64,000 nt of DNA. Origin: an uncultured Caulobacteraceae bacterium. Lineage in GTDB: Bacteria; Pseudomonadota; Alphaproteobacteria; Caulobacterales; Aquidulcibacteraceae. This document shows positions 20,101 through 28,792 of this stretch, piece after piece. The DNA lies in assembly GCA_964563395.1 (NCBI GenBank), contig CAZLWK010000013.1:10000-73999 (forward strand). The letters run 5' to 3'. A program made the translations under genes and the position numbers. The notes beneath the pieces are model-generated. The model was given only the letters and a program-made list of their open reading frames with translations, did no database searches and had not been told where the DNA came from. Within the stretch, counting starts at the first letter, position 1. Each line of letters opens with the position of its first letter.

Positions 20101-21023
20101 TTCGCGGCGCGCTCGACGCCCGGCTTAATTGCGCACACGCCCATGCGCAGATCCGTGCCGAACCAGGCCGTCACCAAGAGCACGTTGCGGCACTGGGGCA
20201 GATCAGCCTCGAGCTGATTGAGCGAAATCTTGAAATTGGCGACGCCGCGCGCGGCGTGCACATTCTCCGCCGCTTCGCGTCCCAAGCCCAATTGGCGGCG
20301 CACGGGCTCGGTCGCATAGACGAACTCGCCCGCGCCCGGAATGAGGCACACGCCCTTGATCCGATCCTCAAGGCGCGGTCCGAACGCGCCGGGCGCGGGG
20401 CGGATGATTTCAAACGAAAGCTGCGGCGGCGTATTGCCAAAATCCGCGAGAGGAAAATCCTCGAACACGACATAAGCCAGCCCCCGATAGGCGGGGGCGA
20501 ACGCTTCGCCCTCGATCGCCTCGATCAAGGGATCGGGCGCCTGCGCTTCCGTGCCGCGATGAACGCGGTGCGCGTAGGCGGACAGATCGAGCAAGGCGCC
20601 ATTGGCCCAGACGCGTCCGATGCGCGCGATTTCGCCTTCGCAAAGCCCCACCGCGAAGGAGAGCGAATAGGCGTAGGATGTAACGCTCGTGCTCGCGCCG
20701 CCGCCGCCCTTGCCGCCGCTTGTCTCCACCTCCTCCGTGGTCACGGTTTCACGAAAACGCGCGGCCCAGATCACCTGGCCCGCGACACGCGCGCGCCCAT
20801 AAATAACGGGAATCGACGCGCCCTCGATGGAGGCTTGCAGGTGCAGCGCGTTGAGGCGCGGGCCTTCGATCGCGCGGCTCTCGCCGAACAGCGCCTGATC
20901 GATGCGCCCGCCGATCCATTGGCCCGCCGCGCGGCCCAGGATCGAGGCGAACGTCGAAAGGCCGGCGCCGGCGACACGCGATCCGATCGCCGCGCCGACG
21001 GATGAGAGAATTATGGACGCCAA
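17121..21023 (-). CDS. GTA g15-like host-specificity / baseplate megatron protein
   Basis: 1300 aa. Last gene of the cluster, directly after the NlpC/P60 gene. Size and position match RcGTA g15-type proteins. Confidence 0.85.
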   Translation of the reverse strand: MASIILSSVGAAIGSRVAGAGLSTFASILGRAAGQWIGGRIDQALFGESRAIEGPRLNALHLQASIEGASIPVIYGRARVAGQVIWAARFRETVTTEEVETSGGKGGGGASTSVTSYAYSLSFAVGLCEGEIARIGRVWANGALLDLSAYAHRVHRGTEAQAPDPLIEAIEGEAFAPAYRGLAYVVFEDFPLADFGNTPPQLSFEIIRPAPGAFGPRLEDRIKGVCLIPGAGEFVYATEPVRRQLGLGREAAENVHAARGVANFKISLNQLEADLPQCRNVLLVTAWFGTDLRMGVCAIKPGVERAAKSTTPILWSAGAVTRAGAHLISEIEGGPAYGGTPADATIVAAIQELKARGFKVGLYPFILMDVPAGNALPDPYGEAEQGAYPWRGRITLHPAPGSPGTPDKTSAASAQVNAFFGAAAPGDFTIVDGAVAYGGPAEWSFRRFILHNAKLAALAGGVDAFILGSELRGITSARDSAVNFPAVAKLRALATDVRAMLGAETKLTYAADWSEYGGHRPQDGTGDVFFHLDPLWADSAIDCVGVDWYPPLSDWREGASHLDAALARTDHDSAYLKSRIEAGENYHWYYADDAARAAQARTPITDGAYDEPWVFRAKDLRGFWSNAHHNRPGGVRNAAPTAWIARSKPIWLIELGCPAIDKGANAPNLFLDPKSSESAAPPFSTGAPDDLIQRRTLEAYLEHWDGLANPISSLYGAGMIDPDGVFIWCWDARPFPEFPARADVWSDGDQWRRGHWLNGRAGLAMLGEVVADLCLRGGVVDIDAAQVSGLVAGYVVDSPATPRAALEPLMAAFDFSVSERDGALVFAHGADAQEQVLDLDDVTADVSASAYRLRADPAAAPIEARIRYIDPVRDYALGAVSARRRDAAEGGVETLDAPLVLEEAQARDLAERLLARRRAEKESVTLAISPARLALEAGDRLAFAGGVFEVARIEDGAARTLDLVRADAGVRGARFAPIPSAPVLDVAPTPALAVLDLPLLPGYESDERPLAALAADPWRGAHRIYVGADLGAARVRARAERAATMGTLLWDLYPGPLHRWDEGNVVRVELIAGALAGVTREALFAGANVFAVEGDGEWEILQARNAALVAPNTYELSGFLRGLCDTGHAMGAPTPAGRRIVKLDAALARVPIGAHEFGQTLAFLAPAQDALLAGAAAARIDAAVAPRARRPFRPVHPRARAGAGGDIELAWIRQSRRGGDFWGEGEVPLAEGREAYLVEILDGSGAVRRGQTVEAPGFVYTAAAQTLDFGAPLSGSIRFRAAQIGADGLPGLKTESTIPL

Positions 21024-21463
21024 GGCTCAACTCCGGGAAAGGCGAAGGCCGCCGCAAGCCGCGCGCGCCACCACGGCGCCAAGCGGCTTTCAACAACGGC
21101 GCGCGCCCAATAGGCATGGATCATGCGCTCGGACGAAACGAGGATCGCGGCGTGCTTGATCGGCGCGGACGGCGCCATGCGGAAGAGCAGCACATCGCCG
21201 GGCGCGGCCGCCATGATCGGCACGGATTGAAGATGGCGCGCAGCGGCCTGGAGCAGCGTCTCGGCGCCGCCGCGTTCGGCCCAATCGGGCGTGTAATTCG
21301 GCGCCGCTTCCGGCTCCGCGCCATAGAGCGCGCGCCAGACGCCGCGCACCAGGCCAAGGCAATCGCAACCCGCCCCCTTCGCGCTCGCCTGATGGCGATA
21401 GGGCGTGTCGATCCAAGTGCGTGCTTCGGCGATGATGGCGGCGCGCGCGAGGCTCAGCGCCAC
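21011..21463 (-). CDS. GTA g14-like NlpC/P60 cell-wall peptidase
   Basis: IIAEARTWIDTPYRHQ..GAGCDCLGLVRGVW (Cys nucleophile context). 150 aa. Confidence 0.85.
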   Translation of the reverse strand: MALSLARAAIIAEARTWIDTPYRHQASAKGAGCDCLGLVRGVWRALYGAEPEAAPNYTPDWAERGGAETLLQAAARHLQSVPIMAAAPGDVLLFRMAPSAPIKHAAILVSSERMIHAYWARAVVESRLAPWWRARLAAAFAFPGVEPWRP

Positions 21464-22329
21464 CGCGAGCTTCCATCATTGACGCTGGGGCCTGGCCCGG
21501 CCTGCAGCATGTCGTTGCCGGGCATATGGGGAAAGCCGCGGAAATTGGCGATCGCGCCGAATTTGAGCGCGCACGTCTCCATGCGCTTGTCGCAGCCCGC
21601 GCGCACGCTGAACGCCGCGCCGACGATGAGCGCGGGGCCCGGATCGTCCAGGAGTTCGATCACGACGCCGCTCGTCGACAAGGAATGGGCTGCCACTTCA
21701 CCGGCGCCGCCGAGCGTCCAGGCGAGCACGCCGCGCGTGAACCAGCCATTGGCGAAGCCGCCAAGGCCGCTTGCGCGAAAGCTGCGCGCGCCGAGAATTT
21801 CCGTGACCGCGCCGAACCCGCGATAAGCCGGCGCATCAAGATCGACGCCGCACCGGGCATCGCCGACATCCGCGTCGCATGAGCGGGAAAAGACGCGGCC
21901 TGTCGGGCGATTGAGCGGCGCCTGCAGCCCCCGCACCTCCAGCTCAAATCCATGCACGCCGCGCCGCGCTTCGCCGAGCGCGCCGGCGAACATGTGCGCG
22001 CGCTCATGCGGCGCGCGCCAATCGACGCGGTAGATGTCGACGCGCGCCCCGTCCCAAAGGCCGCGCGCCAGATCGTCCTCGCTGATTGCGTCATCGTCAA
22101 GCACGCCGGAGACGCTCGCCGTGTCGACGGAAAGGCCGACGCTCTTTTCAAGCGCGCCGCCATCAAGGCCGCGTTGCGGCGCGGCGAGGAGGCCATCGAA
22201 CAGGATGGGCCGGTCATGGTCGGTCAACGCGAACACCGCCCCATCCTTGCGCGCGATGCGCCAGACATGAGCGAGCGCGCCGACACCCGAGGCGAGGTGC
22301 GCGGCGAAGGGGACCGAGAGCGCGCGCAT
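21454..22329 (-). CDS. GTA g13-like hub protein (DUF2163 type)
   Basis: Start at MRALSVPFAAHLASG (ATG 22329, 1-nt overlap with the g12 stop). VWRIARKDGAVFALTDHDRPILFDG motif. The longer ORF in the track is an Arg-rich extension. Confidence 0.8.
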   Translation of the reverse strand: MRALSVPFAAHLASGVGALAHVWRIARKDGAVFALTDHDRPILFDGLLAAPQRGLDGGALEKSVGLSVDTASVSGVLDDDAISEDDLARGLWDGARVDIYRVDWRAPHERAHMFAGALGEARRGVHGFELEVRGLQAPLNRPTGRVFSRSCDADVGDARCGVDLDAPAYRGFGAVTEILGARSFRASGLGGFANGWFTRGVLAWTLGGAGEVAAHSLSTSGVVIELLDDPGPALIVGAAFSVRAGCDKRMETCALKFGAIANFRGFPHMPGNDMLQAGPGPSVNDGSSRWR

Positions 22330-22952
22330 CAGATCATGATCTCGATCAGAGGGGCCGACAGCGCGCGTCCCGCATTGAAGCCGTCGAGCGCGATGTCGAG
22401 ACGGTCGCTCTCGAAGCGAACAGGCGTGTCGAACAGAAAGCCGGCCGAGACGATCGCGCCCGGCGCGGGTGGTGCGGCCAGCGTGACAACGCCCGTCGCG
22501 GCGTCGAGCGCGTGCGTGACCGGCGCGCCATCGATCGCGACCAGCACGCTGCCGGCCACGGGCTTGCGAATGTCGCGCATCGCCGCCTCGGCGCCGGCGC
22601 CATACGGCTTCTTCAGCTGAAAACTCGTCGTCGTCCCGTCGCCAAGGCCGAGCTCGCAATCGAGCGCGGTCGGCGTCTCGCCAGGCGCGCACGATTTCCA
22701 ATCAAGGAAATCGCGAAAGCGAAAGCCGTAGAGCGGGCCCCGCCGCGCTTCGAAAAAGGCGATGAGCGCGTAGAGATCGTCGCGCGTGCGCGCGGCGCCG
22801 CCAATATCGTAGCGCCTTCGCCCATGCGCCCAGGGCGTCGCGCGCCATTCGCGGCCGGAACCGAGCGTGACGATGTCGACGCGCCGTGTGGGCCCGCCCG
22901 TGGCGCTGAGCGAAAACGGCAGGGGCAGGAGAATGTCGTGAAAGCCGCTCAC
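22329..22952 (-). CDS. GTA g12-like distal tail protein (DUF2460 type)
   Basis: FHDILLP..GGPTRRVDIVTLGSGRE..RRYDIGG..FFEARRGPLYGFRFRD. Confidence 0.8.
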   Translation of the reverse strand: MSGFHDILLPLPFSLSATGGPTRRVDIVTLGSGREWRATPWAHGRRRYDIGGAARTRDDLYALIAFFEARRGPLYGFRFRDFLDWKSCAPGETPTALDCELGLGDGTTTSFQLKKPYGAGAEAAMRDIRKPVAGSVLVAIDGAPVTHALDAATGVVTLAAPPAPGAIVSAGFLFDTPVRFESDRLDIALDGFNAGRALSAPLIEIMI

Positions 22953-23473
22953 AGATTGCGCCTCCCATAAGCGACGGCGCGGGCGACGCTCGCGGCGATC
23001 TGACCTTGGTGACGCGCAAGGCCGCTCGCGTCGGCGCCCGCGCCAAGATGGAAATGCACGCTGACGGGACCGCTCGCTGGCGCGGAAATCATCCCCGAGG
23101 CGTGCGGTGTGAAAAGTTCAGGCCCGCGCTCGCCGACAAGATAGGCGCCGCCGCGATTGACTGTTCCGCCATTGGCGCGCGCACCGAAAAAATCGGCGCT
23201 GGCAGGCGTGCTGGCAAAAAGGCGCTCAACCGCGAGCTTCGCCAATTCCTGCAGGATCGTCCGCGCGAGCTCCTTCATGCTGACCGCGCCGTCCGCGCCG
23301 GCGCGCGCGAGCGCCCCGGCGATGCGGCCCCCGGCGCGATCGAACGCATCGGAGACGGTCTCGGCGGCTTCACGCGCGGGGCCTTGCGCGAAAGCGCGCA
23401 GCGCGGCCTCCGCCTCGCCGAGCTCGGCGTGAAAATCCTCGAACGTGAAGGGCGCGCCTGTCTCGTTCATCAT
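22949..23473 (-). CDS. GTA g11-like short tail tape measure protein
   Basis: 174 aa, between the chaperone pair and the distal tail gene. Helical Ala-rich N-terminus and a GGAYLVGERGPELF motif common in tape measure proteins. Confidence 0.7.
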   Translation of the reverse strand: MMNETGAPFTFEDFHAELGEAEAALRAFAQGPAREAAETVSDAFDRAGGRIAGALARAGADGAVSMKELARTILQELAKLAVERLFASTPASADFFGARANGGTVNRGGAYLVGERGPELFTPHASGMISAPASGPVSVHFHLGAGADASGLARHQGQIAASVARAVAYGRRNL

Positions 23474-23655
23474 GACCTCGTATCGGGAAAGCGCGCGGCG
23501 AGCGCGTGCAATGCAGCCTTGTCCATCGCGGGCGCGCCGTTCTCACTGGCGATCGCACGCCATTCGCGCATGCTGAGCCGCCAAAAGGCGGACGGCGCCA
23601 ATCCCAGAAGCGCGGCGCGCCGCAGCCACGCCGCCCAGGGCGTGCGTTCAGCCAT
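23470..23655 (-). CDS. GTA g10.1-like small protein (tail assembly chaperone position)
   Basis: Start at MAERTPWAAWLRRAALLGL (ATG 23655, 8-nt ATGGCTGA overlap with the g10 stop). About 61 aa. Confidence 0.6.
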   Translation of the reverse strand: MAERTPWAAWLRRAALLGLAPSAFWRLSMREWRAIASENGAPAMDKAALHALAARFPDTRS

Positions 23656-23947
23656 CGCCGAAGGCGAGCGCGAAGCAATCGGCGACGGCGCGCGCGGCCT
23701 CCTTGGGATCGATCTCCGCGCCCGCGAGCGCGCGTGCATCGCGGCGCGGCGAACAGAGCGCGCCCACGACGAGCAGGAGATCGGCGGCGCTCATCTTGGC
23801 GAGCCGCGCGCCCAATTCCTCGAACGAGACCACATCGAACGCGGCTTCAAGTTCGGCGAGCGCGCCGAGCGTCACGCACAGCCGCGCGGGCGCACCGTCG
23901 ATCTGCAGGACAACTTCGCCGCGGGCGCGATTGGCGCTCATCGTCAC
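23648..23947 (-). CDS. GTA g10-like protein
   Basis: 99 aa (MTMSANRARGEVVLQIDGAPARLCVTLGALAELE), directly after the major tail gene with a 4-nt overlap. Confidence 0.65.
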   Translation of the reverse strand: MTMSANRARGEVVLQIDGAPARLCVTLGALAELEAAFDVVSFEELGARLAKMSAADLLLVVGALCSPRRDARALAGAEIDPKEAARAVADCFALAFGDG

Positions 23948-24360
23948 AGCGCCGTAAAGCCGAGCGCTCCGGCGGAAGCGAGCGTCACCGCGAAGGCGGC
24001 TTCGCCGTCATGATCGCCGGAATAATCGAGCGCCTCGACCAAAAACGGCCCTTCAAGCACGCCGAAATCGGGAATGATCAGCTGAAACGTGCGCGCGCTT
24101 TGCAAGAAGAAGGCCGAACGCAACGCCTCGTCGGAGGCCGCATCCTTGAACACGCCCGCGCCGGAAACCGAAGCGGCCTTGACGCCCGCCCCCGCGATCA
24201 ATTCACGCCAAGCGTTGGGGCTCTCCCCGCTTGTGCCGTCTATGGTGCGCGCGTTGAGCGCAATCGTCTTGGCGCGTACGCCGGCGATCGTGGTGAAACT
24301 TTCCGGCGTTCCGCCGTCGCCGATCTTGATGAGGACGTCGCGTCCCTTCTGGCCCGCCAT
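23944..24360 (-). CDS. GTA g9-like major tail protein (TP901-1 type)
   Basis: 138 aa, MAGQKGRDVLIKIGDGGTPESFTTIAGVRAKTIALN. Confidence 0.8.
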   Translation of the reverse strand: MAGQKGRDVLIKIGDGGTPESFTTIAGVRAKTIALNARTIDGTSGESPNAWRELIAGAGVKAASVSGAGVFKDAASDEALRSAFFLQSARTFQLIIPDFGVLEGPFLVEALDYSGDHDGEAAFAVTLASAGALGFTAL

Positions 24361-24369
24361 TGTCTGCTC

Positions 24370-24774
24370 CTAATCGATGGGTTCGGTCACCGCGCGCAGG
24401 CGCAGGACGGCATGCGTGGTGAGGCCGTCGCCGGCGCGGAACACATCCGTGAAGACGACGAACAAGAGGACGAGACGTCGGCCGGCGATGGCGAGGTCGC
24501 CATTGTGCAGACGCGCGCCGAGCGCATGCGCGCAGGCCAATGCCTCCGCGCGTCCGCCGTGCCGTGACCACACATGGAGCGTCACCACATGTTCGCATGC
24601 GTCTTGCGCCGCGGCGTCGAGCGGGCGCGATTGAAAGCGGCCGAACGTGACATAAGGATAGGCGACGTCAGCCGGCGCGTCGTCATAGAAGCGCGCGCCG
24701 ATCAAGGCGGCGATGTTCGTATCCGAGAGGCACGCGGCGCGCATCGCCGCGCCAAGCGCCCGGTCCGCGCTCAT
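24370..24774 (-). CDS. GTA g8-like protein (DUF3168 type tail completion)
   Basis: 134 aa, position between adaptor and tail tube, PYVTFGRFQSRPLD motif. Confidence 0.7.
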   Translation of the reverse strand: MSADRALGAAMRAACLSDTNIAALIGARFYDDAPADVAYPYVTFGRFQSRPLDAAAQDACEHVVTLHVWSRHGGRAEALACAHALGARLHNGDLAIAGRRLVLLFVVFTDVFRAGDGLTTHAVLRLRAVTEPID

Positions 24775-25091
24775 GGAGACACCTCCTCGCAGGAAAGGTT
24801 GAGCCAGGCCGCCTCATCGGCGCGCACTGCAAGGACACGGAAAACGCGTGCGCCCCAGGCGACGCGCCAGCCTGCGGCGATGGCGCGCCCCGTGCGTATC
24901 CGCACGCTCGCGGACACGCTTGGCCGCAAGGCGTCGAAGGCGGCGCTTTCGCTTGCGCCGGTTTCGACGATATGCGCCCAGATCGCGCCTTCATCGCTCC
25001 ATGCGATGGCGGCCCCGCCCAGATCGTCGCTCGTTCGTACCGGCCTCAAGACCCGCACGCGCGCGCGCAGCGCGCCGATCGGATCGCTCAC
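24771..25091 (-). CDS. GTA g7-like head-tail adaptor
   Basis: 106 aa, RARVRVLRPVRTSDDLGGAAIAWSDEGAIWAHIV, 4-nt overlaps on both sides. Confidence 0.7.
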   Translation of the reverse strand: MSDPIGALRARVRVLRPVRTSDDLGGAAIAWSDEGAIWAHIVETGASESAAFDALRPSVSASVRIRTGRAIAAGWRVAWGARVFRVLAVRADEAAWLNLSCEEVSP

Positions 25092-25648
25092 AGCCGCGCC
25101 GGCGCGAATGGCGCGGCGAGCGCGCGCGCCGCCTCTGGCAGCGCGACCGCGCCGAGCCGCGATTCATAGAGCGCCCCGAGAACGTGCAGCACGGCCTGCG
25201 TCAAAGTGGGCGGCACATCCTGCGCCGCTTCGGCGAGGCCGGCGTCGTAGTCGATTTCAACGCCGCCGCTGGAGCGCAGGATCGCGGGCAGCCCATGCTC
25301 GAAAACCAGGCGCGGGCGATCCCGCGCGCCATCGAGCCGATAGCGTGTCGGGTCGATCACGCTTTCGCTGCCATTGGCGGCGATGAGGCGCACCGTGACC
25401 ACCGCGCGCGCGGGCGAAACCGAAAGATAGGCCCCGCCCAGCGCGTCGCGCCGCCAAAGATCGAGCGTTTCGCGCACGCGCCTCGCGATCAAGGCGCGCC
25501 CGCTCACATTTTCAACGGCCTCTCGCGCCGCCGCGATAAGCCGGGCGATGAGATCGTCATCGGCGTCATGATCGACGCGGAGAAAGAGTTTCGCCTCCGC
25601 GAGCGAGACGGGCTCGCTCGCGGGGGCGATGAGGATGGTGATGGACAT
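25088..25648 (-). CDS. GTA g6-like head-tail connector
   Basis: 186 aa, EPVSLAEAKLFLRVDHDADDDLIARLIAAAREAVENVSGRALI (gp6-type connector pattern). Confidence 0.75.
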   Translation of the reverse strand: MSITILIAPASEPVSLAEAKLFLRVDHDADDDLIARLIAAAREAVENVSGRALIARRVRETLDLWRRDALGGAYLSVSPARAVVTVRLIAANGSESVIDPTRYRLDGARDRPRLVFEHGLPAILRSSGGVEIDYDAGLAEAAQDVPPTLTQAVLHVLGALYESRLGAVALPEAARALAAPFAPARL

Positions 25649-25706
25649 GAGAGCTCCTTCCTCCCCGTGAGCGGGGGAGGCGCCTGAGCGTGCGGAGAAG
25701 CGAAAC

Positions 25707-26918
25707 TTAGCTCGCGGCGAATTTCATCACTTTGACGGCGTCAAAATTCTGCACGCCGCCGCCCACGCGCTTGGTCACGTAGAAGAGCACGTAAGGTTTG
25801 GCCGAATAGGGATCGCGCAGCACGCGCACGCCAACCCGGTCCACGATCAGATAGAAGCGCGCGAAATCGCCAAAGGCGATCGCATGCGCGTTGGCCGCGA
25901 TGTCGGGCATGTCTTCGATTTCCGCGATCGGGTAACCGAGCAGCGTGGCGCTCGATCCGTCATCGCCCGGATGCCAGATATAGCGCCCGTCCGAATCCTT
26001 CAGCTTGCGCACCGCCGCCACGGTCTTGCGGTTCATCACGAAGCGCGCGTTCTGACGGAATTGCGGCTTGGGCGCATAGATGAGGTCGATCAATTTATCG
26101 ACCGGCGCGCTGGCGGCGAAGGCGCCGGCGGCGCCGGAGGCGATATAACCCACCTGACCCCAAGTATAACTCGCATCGGCCGCGATGGTGTAATTCAAGA
26201 AGCCCTTGGGCTTGTTGACGCCATCGCCATTTACGAAGGCGGCGCGCTCTTGCCCGGCGAACGCCTCCTCCACCTCCGTGGCGATCCATTCCTCGAGATT
26301 GACGAAGCTGTCATCGAGCAAAGTCTGCGTGGCGGCGAGATTGGCGTAGAGTTCCGCCGTCGGAAATTCCAAGAGCGCGAGCGTTGGCGTCGTCGTCTGA
26401 TCGCGCGCGCCGGTTTCGGCGGCCCAGCCCGTGCCCGCATTGGTGAGGCTGATCGGCTTCTTGAACACGTTCGCGCCGGTGGTGCGCACGGTGGCGATGG
26501 CGCGCATCGGAGAGACTTGCGCGAGCCGGCTCTCGATCAGGCGATCGAGCTCGGGCGGGGCGACATAGCCGCCATCTGCGCCGCCGCTTGCCCCGATCGA
26601 CATCGCCTTCTGCTCGAATTGCGCCAGCGCGCTCATGTCGCCGCGCCGCACATAGGCGTTCCAGGCCGATTTGTGCTCGGACTCTTGCGGCGCCTCAGCG
26701 CCCAAGGCGGGACGTCGGCCGGAAAGCGCCATACGCTCCATCATCGCCTTCTGCTCGGCGAGCGCGCGATCGATGCGATCGACTTTTTCATCGAGCAGCG
26801 CATCGCCGCGGCCGCGTTCGAGCGCGGCAAGGCGATGATCATTGGCCTCCTTGTAGGCCTCGAACGTGCGCGCGAGCGCATCCTGCGCCGGCGGCGCAGC
26901 CTTGTTTTCCCGTCTCAT
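25707..26918 (-). CDS. HK97-family major capsid protein (GTA g5)
   Basis: Start at MRRENKAAPP (ATG 26918, 16 nt after the protease stop). N-terminal coiled delta-domain-like region, then an HK97-fold core. Confidence 0.9.
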   Translation of the reverse strand: MRRENKAAPPAQDALARTFEAYKEANDHRLAALERGRGDALLDEKVDRIDRALAEQKAMMERMALSGRRPALGAEAPQESEHKSAWNAYVRRGDMSALAQFEQKAMSIGASGGADGGYVAPPELDRLIESRLAQVSPMRAIATVRTTGANVFKKPISLTNAGTGWAAETGARDQTTTPTLALLEFPTAELYANLAATQTLLDDSFVNLEEWIATEVEEAFAGQERAAFVNGDGVNKPKGFLNYTIAADASYTWGQVGYIASGAAGAFAASAPVDKLIDLIYAPKPQFRQNARFVMNRKTVAAVRKLKDSDGRYIWHPGDDGSSATLLGYPIAEIEDMPDIAANAHAIAFGDFARFYLIVDRVGVRVLRDPYSAKPYVLFYVTKRVGGGVQNFDAVKVMKFAAS

Positions 26919-26934
26919 GTCTCTCAGTCCTTTC

Positions 26935-27423
26935 TCAAAGAGCGCGGCTTTCCCCTCGCGCATGGGGATCGCGCTCAACGTGAAACCGCGCGAGCGTCAG
27001 CATCGGAAGGCGCACAAGCGACACCTCCAAAAGTTCGACATCTTCAAGCACCCGGCCCGCGCCGGCGCGCTCATGGGCGAGGCGCGTGACGAATCCGATG
27101 GAGAGCCCATCGCCGCCGCGCGCGATCAAGCGGCGGGCGGCCGCCGCGCCAGGGGCGTCGGCTTCGATGGCGCCGCGCACCCAAAGGCCGCGCGAATCCT
27201 CCAACGCCACGGACCAAAATCCCGCGCGCAGCTTTTCTTCGTGCTCCACCAGCATCGGGACGGGCTGCGCGCGCGCGGCCAGCGAAGCCCGGAACGCGCC
27301 TTGACGGACGATATCCCCCGCTTGATCGGCGACGCCGAACAACGAGGCGTAACCCTGCACGTGAAGCACGGCGGCGTCGGCGCGCTTGGTCAGCCGCGCG
27401 CGCGGCGCAAGAGCAAGGCTCAT
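26935..27423 (-). CDS. HK97-family prohead protease (GTA g4)
   Basis: 162 aa, VQGYASLFGVADQAGDIVRQGAF. Confidence 0.85.
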   Translation of the reverse strand: MSLALAPRARLTKRADAAVLHVQGYASLFGVADQAGDIVRQGAFRASLAARAQPVPMLVEHEEKLRAGFWSVALEDSRGLWVRGAIEADAPGAAAARRLIARGGDGLSIGFVTRLAHERAGAGRVLEDVELLEVSLVRLPMLTLARFHVERDPHARGESRAL

Positions 27424-27644
27424 CGCCGATCAAGACGCTGTTCGATGCGCGCGAGCGCGCGGCGCGCATCGAGGCTCTGCTCTTCAAGCCTCGCCAGACG
27501 TTCGCTCATTGCTGCGTTCGCGGCGCCGGCCGCCTCCACCGCGCTCAAGCGCGCCGAGGCTTGCCCCGCCCAGATGAAGGCGCCCGCCGTCTCCAGGAAG
27601 ATCGCGACGATGAGCGCGTAGGTGATGCGCGGATCGAATTTCAT
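27420..27644 (-). CDS. GTA g3.5-like small membrane/coiled protein
   Basis: 74 aa with one hydrophobic helix, wedged between portal and protease with 4-nt overlaps on both sides. Confidence 0.6.
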   Translation of the reverse strand: MKFDPRITYALIVAIFLETAGAFIWAGQASARLSAVEAAGAANAAMSERLARLEEQSLDARRALARIEQRLDRR

Positions 27645-28783
27645 GCGCGCGCCTCCTCCACGCCGGCGAGACGGCGCTGCTCCTCAAGCGTCAAGAAGGG
27701 CGCGCTCGCGATCCGCGCCCAATGCGCCTCGCGCTCGGCGGCGAGCGCGGGAATGGCGTCGAGATCGAGCGACACGCGCGCGGAATCGCCCTCCCAGCGG
27801 CGTCCCAGCCAGGCCTCGATCGCGCGCGCGGCCTTGGCCGCGAGCGGCAGCGCGGTGAGGCGCCAGAAGGCGAGGTTCGCCTCGCGATACGTGGCGTAGG
27901 TGTTGTCGCCGGGAATGCCGAGCAGCATGGGCGACACCCCGAACGCGAGCGCGATGTCGCGCGCGCTGGCGTGACGCGCCTCGGTGAAATCCATGTCCGA
28001 CGGCGAAAGGCTCATCGGGCGCCAATCGAGCCCGCCTTCCAGGAGAAGCGGGCGCCCGGCATTGGCCGCGCCCATATGCGCTTCTTCGAGTTCGGCCTTG
28101 AGGCGCTGAAATTGCTCCTCGCTCAAGCGATCGGCGCCGCCCGCGCCGCTGAACACGAGCGCGCCGGACGGGCGCGCGGCATTGTCGATCAGCGCCTTGT
28201 TCCAAGCGCCGCCGGCATTGTGAATATCGATGGCGAAGGCCGCCGCCTCCATCGGCGAAAGCCCCCACCAATCATCGCTCGGGTGAAACAGCTTCAGATG
28301 CAGGATCGGCGCATCGCCGGTGAGCGGATCGCGCGCGAAGGCGCGCACCTGGCCGCCCACGCGATGCTCCCAGCCGATCGGCCAGCCATCCGCACCCGGC
28401 ACGATGCTCATGCGGTCCGGCCGCAGCACGTAAAGTTCGCGCGGCGGGCCGTCCTCGATCAGAGCCGCTTCCAGGAAGGCGTTTCCGCTCACCTGCAAAT
28501 GACCGAAGAAGGCTTCGATCAGCTCGACGCCGGTCTGCTCTGGATTGGGCCGCGCCAAGAGCTGCGCCAACGGATGCTCAATCGGAGCGACCTTCAAGGG
28601 CGCGCTCGCCGCCGCTTCCGCGATCAAACGCACGCAGCGATAGGCGATGGCGTTCTTGGCGTAGCCCTCGCGCGCGAAAATCTGCGGATCGCGCGCCGAC
28701 CAGACCGGGCGTCCAAGCGGATGCCACGCCAAGAGCTTTCGCTCGACGCGCGGGGCGCCGAGACGTTTCAACCAATCGAGCAT
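27641..28783 (-). CDS. phage portal protein (GTA g3)
   Basis: 380 aa HK97-type portal (NAIAYRCVRLIAEAAASAP, FHPSDDWWGLSPMEAA). Confidence 0.9.
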   Translation of the reverse strand: MLDWLKRLGAPRVERKLLAWHPLGRPVWSARDPQIFAREGYAKNAIAYRCVRLIAEAAASAPLKVAPIEHPLAQLLARPNPEQTGVELIEAFFGHLQVSGNAFLEAALIEDGPPRELYVLRPDRMSIVPGADGWPIGWEHRVGGQVRAFARDPLTGDAPILHLKLFHPSDDWWGLSPMEAAAFAIDIHNAGGAWNKALIDNAARPSGALVFSGAGGADRLSEEQFQRLKAELEEAHMGAANAGRPLLLEGGLDWRPMSLSPSDMDFTEARHASARDIALAFGVSPMLLGIPGDNTYATYREANLAFWRLTALPLAAKAARAIEAWLGRRWEGDSARVSLDLDAIPALAAEREAHWARIASAPFLTLEEQRRLAGVEEARA

Positions 28784-28792
28784 GGGAAAGTC